Source: Octopus sinensis (Eukaryota). From it: a stretch of 64,000 nucleotides of DNA. The position numbers were made by a program, and so were the translations under genes. The notes below the pieces were generated by a model. That model saw only the letters and a list, made by a program, of their open reading frames with translations, was not told the DNA's origin and did no database searches. The DNA lies in assembly GCF_006345805.1 (NCBI RefSeq), contig NC_043000.1, forward strand, positions 84,940,001-85,004,000. The letters are read 5' to 3'. The first letter of the stretch is position 1, and each line of letters opens with the position of its first letter. Below, piece by piece: positions 1 through 12,001 of the stretch.

Positions 1-75
1 CGTGCACAGGGCAAGAAATAGCATAATTCGTACAGAAGTTTTACCTAGAGAAAAAGAGAGGAGGGAGAGAGAGAA

Positions 76-78
<3 letters not shown>

Positions 79-150
<72 letters not shown>
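79..150. repeat. (GT)n microsatellite
   Basis: Direct reading of GT repeats. Confidence 0.98.
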
Positions 151-152
<2 letters not shown>

Positions 153-414
153 CGGCGGTTCTCGAAACAGATGTTGCTATAAATAATAGCGTGTAAATAT
201 TTGGTTAAAAACTCATTCTTCGACTTTTCCTATCCAAAGAGCTTTTTAACACATTATTTAACACAATTATTTATAGTTTTATACGTTTCAATTTTCACCG
301 TTCCAAAAATAAGTCATTTCACATTCTGTCGAAGATTTTAAATCCTTATACAAAAACAATATATGTATATTTATAGTCACATCTTTATCTAAACACACAC
401 ACGCACACACATAT

Positions 415-552
415 ATGCATGTATGTATGTATTATGTATGTATTATGTATGTATGTATGTATGTATGTATGTATGTATGTATGTATGTATGTATGTATGT
501 ATGTATGTATGTATGTATGTATGTATGTATGTATGTTTGTATGTATGTATGT
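415..552. repeat. (TATG)n microsatellite
   Basis: Direct reading; explains the MYVC/HTYI ORFs. Confidence 0.97.
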
Positions 553-873
553 ATTCAACGACAAACCATGTACAGACCTACTGTTGGTCAACTTTTCACC
601 CCTGTATCATCATATTTCAAACTTTTTCTCATGAAATTCATTAACTTTTCTCGAGAACACCACCCCATTTTGACCAATCGTGTTATTTCTCCGTTTTTCT
701 TTTTAGTCGACAGTCACCCCTAGCAACGATCTCTGACGTAGTATTATATCTCTCATTTCCTATTGATAGTATTTTGTTACACGGTAAAAATGTTTGTATT
801 AGAGTGAGTTTTGTATATATGACTCAGTCCCTTTGTACATAAAAAATAACAATTATTTATACAATATTATAAC

Positions 874-1180
874 CAGTGGCCAGGTTGCCAGTTTTCCCGA
901 CGGCAAGTGGGCCCCTGCGCCATTAGAATCCATATATAGGGGCCCATGTTAGTATCTAAGGAGCCCATCCTCTCAAGTTTGGGAATTTTTTATTCACTCC
1001 TGAAAGAATGCATTATTTCAGCCTGGCTATGTTTGTTGACAGTTGAAAAGAATATTTCTAACAAAAAAAAAGACAAAAAAATTATACGATAGCGTTTATA
1101 GTTGCGGATGGGCCTCCTTGTAGTTGCGGGGGTCCCCTTAGTTCCTGGCAACCAATATTTTTAGACTCAGTCCGCCACTG
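874..1180. mobile_element. MITE, probably hAT-type (about 307 bp)
   Basis: Terminal inverted repeat CAGTGGC...GCCACTG, subterminal GGTTGCCA/TGGCAACC, flanks ATTATAAC / GTTATAAT (6/8 match, possible 8-bp TSD); non-coding. Confidence 0.55.
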
Positions 1181-1417
1181 GTTATAATCCACCCCTATAT
1201 GTATTCAAAAGCTTTTTCAAAATATAAAAACTAAAATTAATTTACTTCCACAAAACTACTGAAGTTACCTTACATAAATTAATCTCTTCCCCATTCCATA
1301 AATTTCATTATATCATACATGTATGATTTTATCATGCATGTATATATATCTTGACGCTTTTGTTCTCTGCTTGAGTAAACCTCGCAAGAGCCTTATATGC
1401 ATGTGTGTGTGTGTGTT

Positions 1418-1460
<43 letters not shown>

Positions 1461-1514
1461 CCATGTGTATAAATATAAACAAGCATTTGCTTCTTATAAG
1501 CGCCGAAATGCGTG

Positions 1515-1558
<44 letters not shown>

Positions 1559-1985
1559 GATATAATATAATATAAACGGCAGTTTGCAATGTTTCACCAA
1601 AAAGGAGAATTACAAATGTCCCTAAATTTAACTACATTGCTAGAAATAATAGCTAAATCGCTAAATTATCCAATTATTTGGATGGCGTAAACATAAATGC
1701 TAATGGCGATCAAGTCTTGAAAGAGCTGAACAATCGAGCGGTCTTAATTGATGAGGCAAAGGAAATTGCCGAAACTGACGCGTCAGTATTAAGAATTCTC
1801 GGACAGCACTTTTCGGACGATTATGGTCCTTGCTAGTGTATATTTTCATCCATGTGCGTTAACAACAGCATTAGAGCGGTTTAGCTCTTATTTGTATCAA
1901 TGTAGATGTTTCCTAACACCCTAGTCACATTTGGGGATATTTTTCATTCTCATATGCGTGTGTATGTGTGTTTGTGTGTGTGTAT

Positions 1986-2040
<55 letters not shown>

Positions 2041-2042
<2 letters not shown>

Positions 2043-2556
2043 CTTTATTAGCCACACACAGGGCTGAACATAGACGGGACAGATTACAAAGTATAGCTTT
2101 TCTTTTTGGGGAGAAAAAAAGGGGGTAGGTTTTCGATCATAAGGGATCGTAAAAAGGAAAAAGAAAAAAGAAAAAAAACGACCAATAGGGATCGTGTATC
2201 ACAGAAATGTCATGATGTAAAGTGTAAAGGGGGAAACAGATAAGGTTAATCCGTGGAAAGAAAAGCTACGGAAAAACCACGGTACTCGGTCAATAATGTC
2301 ACATGTTAACACATTTATTTGCAAGTAAGTAACTCTCTGTTTTAAATTTTTCCGGGTTCATAGGATTATGCTCAAGATGGCTTCGTCATTCATACGTACC
2401 ATCCTTGTACATTCACCATCTTTTTTTTAAACATTCGCTAGACAAAACTTGCCTCTCTACTCTCACTTTCCTTTTCAAGTGATACTTTAAGAAGTTGATG
2501 AGAGATTGACCAGAGAGGACAGTGTTTGTCTCTAATCTTTTCAGACGCGTCCACAC
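2041..2556 (-). mobile_element. 3' fragment of a Tx1/L1-clade LINE (ORF2 C-terminus + 3' UTR)
   Basis: Minus-strand VWTRLKRLETNTVLSGQSLINFLKYHLKRKVRVERQVLSSECLKKRW aligns with the ORF2 C-terminus of the LINE at 19116-19517 (VWRTRV...LLKYFGYHLKSKMGLEKRSL...ERW); 3' end ...CTATGTTCAGCCCTGTGTGTGGCTAATAAAGAA. Confidence 0.75.
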
Positions 2557-2759
2557 ACACACACACTCACACACACATACACACACACATACACACATAT
2601 ATATATAAACACAAACATATGTATATATATATATATGTGTGTGTGTGGTGTGTGTGTATGCATATATACATACATATGTATATATACATCACACACACAC
2701 ACATATATATATACATATATATACATATATACATATATACATATATATACATATATACA

Positions 2760-3345
<586 letters not shown>

Positions 3346-3725
3346 ATAATAACTGAGAAGCAAGCAGACATGCAGACATACTGACAGACAGACATAGATA
3401 TCAATGGAGACAAAAGTCATATTTTCTTACGTCCGTATACATATGTGTATACGCATTTCTCTTATTTTCCCATAAAGATATATTTCTTGTTATGCCATTT
3501 CCACTCCACCACACTCCTCCAGTATAAACAAAGACAGTGTCAAACGGTGAAGGGCGCAGGTTTTCTGCGTAGAGAAATAGCTTTCTTTCAATAACGCCTA
3601 CTGATTAAATAAAGAGAGAGAGGGGGTGAAGGAGGGAGGAGGAAGAGCAATGCTGATGATAACTAGTACACTCAGTCACTGTAGTGACTTCCTTGTAAAT
3701 TGCGAATAAGCTACCTTCATTGTTT

Positions 3726-4098
3726 ACTAGCAATACATCCCGGCGTTGCCCGGGTGTTATGTCCTACGACTATATTGTATTATTTGTTCTTTTCTTATGG
3801 GCAGAATCGGCACAGCTGATACATAGTGAACTGGATTACAGGTGTATGGAATATATGTTTGTTTAAAAGTGAAGGGGGAGGGTACATTTACAGGGGTTTG
3901 AATGAAAGTACCTTCCGTACTTAAGAAAGATCGCAAACCATGTATTGTTTGAACGTATAAAAGGGGTTAATGCGATTCTACTCAGAAATCACTTTTCAAA
4001 AGTTTTATTTTCACCCACCCCGTCCCCATCGCAATTTCTTAATTTGTAACTTTTTTCGATTTTTTTAAAAATCCGCGTTAAAAATACAGAGATACGAA

Positions 4099-4100
<2 letters not shown>
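3726..4100 (-). mobile_element. Non-autonomous Helitron-like element (3' end at 3726)
   Basis: Minus strand ends with GC hairpin CCCGGGCAACGCCGGG followed about 8 nt later by CTAGT, the typical Helitron 3' end; 5' end not resolved (runs into (TA)n). Confidence 0.5.
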
Positions 4101-4138
<38 letters not shown>

Positions 4139-4142
<4 letters not shown>

Positions 4143-4424
4143 ATAAAACGGTAAGATAACAAAAGAAAGAAAGAGACCTCAATATTATGTAAATAGAGGA
4201 AATTTATCTATACAATATGTTACATTACTCGGTAGTCAAGATAAAACTCTGAGTTTCAGATGCCGAAGTGGAAATCCACAACACCATCTCTTCGGTTATC
4301 TGGCTATTTGAAAACGTTATCATAACGTTTTCAAATAGCCAGATAACCGAAGAGATGGTGTTGTGGATTCCACTTCGGCATCTGAAACTCAGAGTTTTAT
4401 CTTGACTACCGATGTAAATGTAAC
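4139..4424 (-). mobile_element. Fold-back insertion of the 3' terminus of the Naiad-like PLE
   Basis: 4139-4320 is the reverse complement of 14305-14486; 4321-4424 repeats part of it in forward orientation (palindrome centre AACGTTAT|CATAACGTT); (TA)n on both sides. Confidence 0.93.
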
Positions 4425-4434
4425 CATATATATA

Positions 4435-4473
<39 letters not shown>

Positions 4474-5282
4474 GGGAGACTTTATGAAAAAAATAAAAGA
4501 TGAAGACAGGTGGATACAAAACAAATAGATGTATTAGTATAACGCTCAGGAATAAAAGTTTAATTGCCCTTAAAGAAATACTCAATGCCCCTTCCCCCTA
4601 CTCGCCAACCCATCACTTTCCGCTTTCAAAAAGGTAAAATCTCTTGATGTTTCACTTTCGTCTGATGTTCACGCATACATAAAAATGTACTGAAATAGTT
4701 GACGTAAAAAATAGCAGACACCACAAGAAAACCCGACGTGCTAGAAGCAAGAGCTAAACGACATATTTCTGAAGAAACTTCCTCGCTTTCAAAAAGCTAA
4801 AAGTGAAACAATGGGAGTTTATAGCATTTAAATGTGATGAGGGTGATGGGTGGATGTTGGGAAGATTTTAGTTTTTCTTTAAGAAAAAAGAAAGTAGAAA
4901 ATTCTTTAAGATTCGTACCAAGAAAGAAATTTAGAAAAAAGTAAAACGATGAAGAAATTGGGGTGGAGAGAGAAAAAAATATTGAGAACGTGTTTTTGGG
5001 CGAAATCCTAATCTCCTGTATCAAAATCACAGGAATCGGAAAAAAAAATAAGGAAAAAAATATGGGCGGGGGCGCAAATGTCACCTCGGACACGCTAGAA
5101 ACAAAGGACAGGATTTCTAGGAAAACTTCCTTTTAAGTTTGTCATTACAAACACAGATTACAGAATAGAAAAAGTCATTTCAGTTGGATTCGAGTCATAA
5201 TTTTGCGCGTGCACAGGGCAAGAAATAGCATAATTCGTACAGAAGTTTTACCTAGAGAAAAAGAGAGGAGGGAGAGAGAGAA

Positions 5283-5285
<3 letters not shown>

Positions 5286-5331
<46 letters not shown>

Positions 5332-5432
5332 TGTGTGTGTGTGTGGTGTGTGTGTGTGCGTGCGTGCGTGCGTGTGCGCGCGTGTGCGCGCGTGCGTGTG
5401 CGCGCGCGTGTGTGTGTGTGTGTGTTGTGTGT

Positions 5433-5503
<71 letters not shown>

Positions 5504-5510
5504 GTGTGCG
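5286..5510. repeat. (GT)n/(GC)n microsatellite
   Basis: Direct reading. Confidence 0.97.
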
Positions 5511-5679
5511 TAAAGTTTAGCGGTATTTCGTCTGTCTACCTTCTGAGTTCAAATTCCGCCGAGGTCGACTTTCCCTTCCGGGATCGATAAATTAAGTACC
5601 AGTTGCGTACTGGAGTCGATCTAATCGACTGACCCCCCACCCCCCAAAAAAATTTGGGGGCTTGCACCTAAAATAGAAA
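5511..5679 (+). mobile_element. SINE family A (5'-truncated)
   Basis: GAGTTCAAATTCCGCCGAGGTCGACTTT...AAGTACCAG...GTCGAT shared with copies at 32446, 34670, 40807, 54462, 54985. Confidence 0.85.
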
Positions 5680-6612
5680 AGAATACTCTTTTGTTTGAAG
5701 CAGCAAAGTTGTCAAGTCGATTATATGGTCGATCATATGGGATCATATAACTGTTCGTTAATTTCCGAACAGTTATATGCTTTATGCTTTGAATAGAGCA
5801 AAAACTGAAAGAGGGGAGAAAGTGAAAAGGCGACATTTGCCTTGAAGTGAGAGGAGAAAGTGAAAGAGAGGAGAAAGTGAGAGGGAGGTGAAAGTGAGAG
5901 AAAGGAGAAAGTGAAAGATGTATGAATGTGTATATGAAATGGACGTGTGTATGTGTGTATGTATGCGTTTGTGTGTGTGTGTGCACGTATGTGCGTGTGC
6001 ATAAGAGAGAGAGCGAGTGAGTGAAGATGTGTGTTGTCATGTATTTTTTTGCATGCATGTGTAAGTGGCACTCACTCGCTCACTCTCTCTCTCTCACACA
6101 CACACATACACATTATCTTTCATATACACGTACGTAAATATATATGCACACATCTTTTTTGTATGTAAGTGTGCGTGTGCATGTGAGTAGAATTCTACGC
6201 ATGCGTGAAACATCCGTATATACACATACATATCTTATATATGTATGTATATATATATATATATAAATAGAGAGAGAGAGAGAGAGAGAAAGGAGGGGAG
6301 AGAAAGAGAGACAGATAGATACATATATACATACATTCATACATACATGCATCTATATGCATACACCCACATTCCATAAACGTACACAATTGAGCTATAG
6401 GTTGATGTACATGTATGTCAATTTATCAAATGTGTTCAGTATTCATGTTTTAATAAAGACGTGATCTGGTGGTGCAATTATGAGTTGGTGTAGGTGTAGG
6501 TTTATATGGATATGTGTTGGTTTCTTTGTCTACAGGCGTAGGTGGGCATTTTTTGCTTTGATCACTTGTTTTGTTATAACTTCAGTAGCTAATCAAAGAA
6601 TCTTAAAAGACT

Positions 6613-6929
6613 CCGCCGGTTACGACGACGAGGGTCCCAGCTGATACGATCAACGGAACAGCTTGCTCGTGAAATTAACGTGCAAATGGCTGAGCATTCC
6701 ACAGACACGTGTACCCTTAACGTAGTTCTCGGGGATAATCAGCGTGACACAGAGAGTGACAAGGCTGACCCTTTGAAATACAAGTACAACTCATTTTTGC
6801 CAGCTGAGTGGACTGGAGCAACGTGAAATAAAGTGTCTTGCTCAAGGACACAACGCGTCGCCGGGAATCGAACTCACAACCTTACGATCATGAGCCGAAT
6901 GCCCTAACCACTAAGCCACGCGCCCTCAC
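6613..6929 (-). mobile_element. tRNA-derived SINE (family C)
   Basis: Minus-strand head GGCGCGTGGCTTAGTGGTTAGG...GAGTTCGATTCCCGG (A/B boxes) followed by TGTGTCCTTGAGCAAGACAC core; related to 43343 and 58475. Confidence 0.85.
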
Positions 6930-7889
6930 AATCAAAGAATAAAGTACGACTGCTTACGTTATATCTATTCTCTGTCGACCAAACTTTCTGTCTTTTTCCT
7001 AAATATGACACTAACACATGTAAAATACGTCTCTCATAACACATGTAAAATACGTCTCTCATAACTTATATCTGCGCGTGTTGATGGAATCAGGCGATGG
7101 AAACTATTATATACCGGCCATTTTACCCGACCGGAATCCGAGCAAGTGCCCAGATTCAACCGTGATATTCACCCAGATATTAAGTGACGTTTCCCCTAAT
7201 CCTAATTCTCTGTATGCGTATCTAGAAAGATTTGACGCCAATATTGCAAACTGTGAAAACATTTATTGATTTCGATGTGTTGTATGAAACTACAGTTTAA
7301 TTTAACTACCATTTTGAACTGAGTTATATGGCGTGGTTCGATTACATTCGATATACGTTAATATTAAAACTGAATATCTCATGAGCAACAAGATAACATG
7401 CTTTTGTTTATTTCTGATACATTTAATTGTTTTTCTTCGTTATAGCTCACTCAGAACAAGAAATTTAGTTCCCAGCACATCATTGGACTGGGACACCGCA
7501 TTGAAGAGTTTAGTTAAACAAATCTCTTCCAGTACTTCTTTTTTAAAACCCGGTACTTATTTTATCGTGTTCTTTTGCAGAACCGACCTGCTTCTTTCAG
7601 ATTCCGTGATCCAAATCCATTAATAAGGCCTTGTTTGTGCTTTTGTGATTTACAGGTATGCTTTTCTACGCACGTGTGTATTTACGCAGGTGCGTATGTA
7701 TGGTTTAATGAATGCATGTATGCCGTCACCTAATTTTTTCCCGAAGGAGGGAGCTGCTTACTATCAGAGAAACCGAAGTTCCAACACTGGAAATTGGGTA
7801 ATAACATTGATAATTGTCAAATATTGAACTTTAGGAAAATCTTGCATATATTTTATTATGTATGTACATAAATACATATATATGCTCTG

Positions 7890-7943
<54 letters not shown>

Positions 7944-8397
7944 GTGTATATGTATGTGTGTCTACGAACGTACGTACGTATGTATGTTTCATCAAATTGA
8001 CAGGGCTACTATTAAACAGTGCGTCTGATAAGAGAGTGGTTTGCGTGTGTGTGTGTGTTTCTTCGGAAACAAAATAATAAAAAAAATCCTATGACCTCCT
8101 GTCAAACTGATGTTTAGGGATTCAACCAGAGCATATCACAGTTTTAATAGACATGTCAGTGGGGATAGAAGCAAAATATAAGGATCGTATCTCACTAAAT
8201 AAAGGATCACCTGACAGACAGTTGTATGAGGATTGAAGAGATAGGGTTTCGAACAGAGAAAGATGTAGACAAGTGGAAAATTAATTTGACATGAGGAGCA
8301 AGGTTAAAGTATAACATGATGGGTAAGTTTTATCTTAGGTTTGATCGACTGATTGATGTAGGCTCGCGCGCATACACACACATACACACACAAATAC

Positions 8398-8454
<57 letters not shown>

Positions 8455-8778
8455 CGAGAGAGACAGACAGACAGACAGACTGAGAGAGACAAACACATAC
8501 ACCCCACCACACGCACGTACTGATTGATATAGGCACCACCACACGCACATACTGAGTGATATAGGCACCACCACACTTCTGATTGATACAGGAACAAGTG
8601 TGTGCGCGTGTAAACATACATATGTACATTTAAACGTGCATATGTACATGCAAATATGTATACGTGTGTGGAGTTTTAATGGGGGTAATTTACATGCACA
8701 TCAGCTGGTAGGTTTTGTTGCCTAATAATACTCTGGGAATTGACGAAAAATAGACGTACATGTATGCATGTGTACTTG

Positions 8779-8960
<182 letters not shown>

Positions 8961-10362
8961 TGTACGTATGTGTGCGTAGTTTGTTATACATACTACATTT
9001 CGTATTACTAAAAGTCTTTGAATAAACACAAGACAAGATATTTAATACTGCCTCTTCACACACACATATTTGTTTAACTGTTAATTGAAATAAATCGGCT
9101 GTAGTACATAAGTGACGGTAATTTATAAAAACCAGAAGCGCTTGCAGCCCAGACTGCTTACTGTATAATATAACAACTGACTGTAAGAAGCTCATAAAGA
9201 CAAGAACTTCGTTATTGAGAACAAACAACCGAGTGACCTCGGGGTACCAGCAGATCGAATATGTACAACAATAGAGATATATTCAAATATGTAAATAAGT
9301 AGAACAGAAGTGGGCGAGAAGCACAGATCGCCGCTGTAGTGGTGGTGCCTGTGGCTGTGGCAGTGGCGGTGGTAGTACTGGTGTTGGTTGTATTGAGTAC
9401 TTTGCCACTTTAATCGTGTAGGTTTCATAATTCATTTGGTAAAGCATGAAAGATCTGTGGATTTTTGAACCCTAAATTATAGCGGTATCTGGTCCTGGCT
9501 TTAGACGAAGTGGGTGGTAACTATGGTACTACGCAGTGGCGTCTAGTGCGGGCATTTGTCAAGCTCTTGATGCCGAAGTTAGATGCAAGCCCTTCCAGTA
9601 TTTTGCGCACGTAGAATATTACGTATTGAAAACAGCCGAGAAAGCCCAAAGTCAGTGTACTAACATCGTAATGAATGTTGTACCCTATAAATTCCTAATA
9701 GTTTTCTTTTGTAAATATTTTTAGAAATGCATAACAGTAATTGTTAGCATGTCTTAATGAGAAGGGGAGATTTTTTTCTAATTATAAGTTTTCTAAATGA
9801 ATTAGGCTAGGAGATAAAGATAACTGATATTCGTTTCAATGATAGGACACCTACGAATTCCTGTTTCTACCTCAATAAGCGCCATTAACACAGCATTGCT
9901 TATTGTTTTCTTTGAAACTACAGATAGACATTTGTCAAGATATTTGAGAACATTTTTAGCCAGGAATAAATCTGCATAATTAAACGAAGGGAAGCTATGC
10001 GAAAATAACTCAAAGACACACGGTACGAGAGTTTCGATTACAAATTTAGCGCAGATATTTAGTGTCGCACACGGTGAATTAATAATTCATTTTGATTTTT
10101 TTAATCAAAAGTTATTTCTAAATAAACAATAATGCCAGGAATATCTTTGGAAGCACAAACCACAAACTCATAACAACACCGCTTTCGAAACAATAATTTG
10201 AATGCCTTTTTCTCCCAGCATTATAATTTCGGAATTATATCTAAGCTTTCAGATATTACCTTTCTTTCTCATTGAGACTCGCAGGTGAGGAAAATTTTGG
10301 GATTGAGACTCGCAGGCGAGGAAACTTTATGAAATACTAGATTTTATTGTGTGCGGTCTAAC

Positions 10363-10396
<34 letters not shown>

Positions 10397-10906
10397 ATAT
10401 ATCTATACAATATGTTACATTACTCGGTAGTCAAGATAAAACTCTGAGTTTCAGATGCCGAAGTGGAAATCCACAACACCATCTCTTCGGTTATCTGGCT
10501 ATTTGAAAACGTTATGAAGAAATACCGTTAAAAATGAAGGGAAATTACTCTGTTATAACTCTGCTTTGCCTGCGTACTTATACATCGCTCGCATTTTTCT
10601 TCATAAAAATTATATAAAAATACATAAAAATATATAAAAATATATAAAAATATATAAAATCTTCTTGGGACATAACACAGAAAGCATGTTCTATCCGTTT
10701 TAGTTTAAAATATTAGTAAGAGGATTTCTAGCCTCTCATCTAATGAGGACATCTTCAATAGCGTTGCCCCAGTTTATAATAAAGCTTTAAAAGATAGTGG
10801 TTTTAGCGAAAAAATAAAATATACACCTATCACCAGCCCAACAATAAGGAAAAGGAATAATAGAAATAGGAAGGTCATCTGGTTTACGCCCCCTTACTCA
10901 CCCGAG

Positions 10907-11539
10907 GTGGCCTTCAATATAGGTAAATATTTCCTAGCACTGATAGATAGACATTTTCAAGTTAACCATGCTTATAGGAAACTCTTCAATAGACACAATT
11001 TAAAAATTAGTTTTAGTTCAACTACCAATTTTAAAAACATAATCAATCATAACATACAAAAAACACAAGAAGAAAACAGCTGTTCATGCAGGAATAAAGA
11101 ATTGTGCCCGCTAAATGGAGCTTGCATGTCCAAGACCATCATATATGAAGCTACCGTAAACTCTATAACCACTAAAGACACCGTTTCGACGAAGAAATAC
11201 GTGGGCCTGACAGAGGGTAATTTCAAGGCCAGGTTCAATAACCACACTTTGAGCTTTAGGCACTGGAACAAAAGAAAAGCGACACAATTATCCAATCATA
11301 TTTGGTCTTTAAGAGATAAAGGTGTCGATTATAACATACAATGGAAGATTTTGGCCAGATGTAAGCCCTATACTAACGGCAGCGGAAGGTGCGGTTTATG
11401 CGACATGGAGAGATGGCTTATCTGGAAAAGCAGCTTAGACCCTACCACATGTCTAAATACAAGGACAGAGCTTTTCGGATCATGCCCACATGTGACTAAA
11501 TTTCTGTTACGTTTTTGGTCCCCTAAAGAAAACGGATAG
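10907..11539 (+). pseudogene. Duplicated GIY-YIG endonuclease half of the PLE ORF (in the partial tandem copy)
   Basis: Identical to the C-terminal 210 aa of 12672-14129 except Q/P and K/R. Confidence 0.9.
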
Positions 11540-11733
11540 AACATGCTTTCTGTGTTATGTCCCAAGAAGATTTTATATATTTTTATATATTTTTATATAT
11601 TTTTATGTATTTTTATATAATTTTTATGAAGAAAAATGCGAGCGATGTATAAGTACGCAGGCAAAGCAGAGTCATAACAGAGTAATTTCCCTTCATTTTT
11701 AACGGTATTTTTTCATAACGTTTTCAAATAGCC

Positions 11734-11796
11734 AGATAACCGAAGAGATGGTGTTGTGGATTTCCACTTCGGCATCTGAAACTCAGAGTTTTATCT
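11734..11796 (+). ncRNA. Variant type I hammerhead ribozyme motif in the PLE 3' UTR
   Basis: Stem I AGATAA/TTATCT; core CCGAAGA; stem II GATG..CATC with inner GTGG/CCAC; T-GAAAC; palindromic stem III ACTC-A-GAGT; GUU site. Copies at 14324-14386 (+), 4341-4402 (+), 4239-4301 (-), 10434-10496 (-). Confidence 0.65.
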
Positions 11797-12001
11797 TGAC
11801 TACCGAGTAATGTAACATATTGTATAGATAAATTTCCTCTATTTACATAATATTGAGGTCTCTTTCTTTCTTTTGTTATCTTACCGTTTTATCAATAAAT
11901 CACCTCCCGGACGACGTTATTCTCAACTAAGAGCTAATACGACCTTTTTGGGATTATCGCCTCACATCGGTTGAGGACTCTCACAAACAAAAGAATCTAA
12001 T

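Noticed and set aside
163-195. GAAAC-AGAT-GTT half-hammerhead after the GT tract (similar short hit near 58016-58024)
   Set aside because: No core and no matching stem I/II nearby; too short to distinguish from chance.
6860-6929. tRNA genes (also about 63225-63290 and 43343-43380)
   Set aside because: tRNA-like A/B boxes continue straight into SINE bodies and no complete acceptor stem is evident; these are SINE heads.
8505-8590. 30-bp tandem repeats (also 25-bp at about 7012-7065 and 31-bp at about 10271-10330) as CRISPR-like arrays
   Set aside because: Only 2-3 adjacent copies with no spacers, in a eukaryotic context; simple local duplications.
9483-9600. Possible exon RYLVLALDEVGGNYGTTQWRLVRAFVKLLMPKLDASPS after an AG
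   Set aside because: Weak polypyrimidine tract and donor, no recognisable homology; cannot be supported without RNA-seq or BLASTX.
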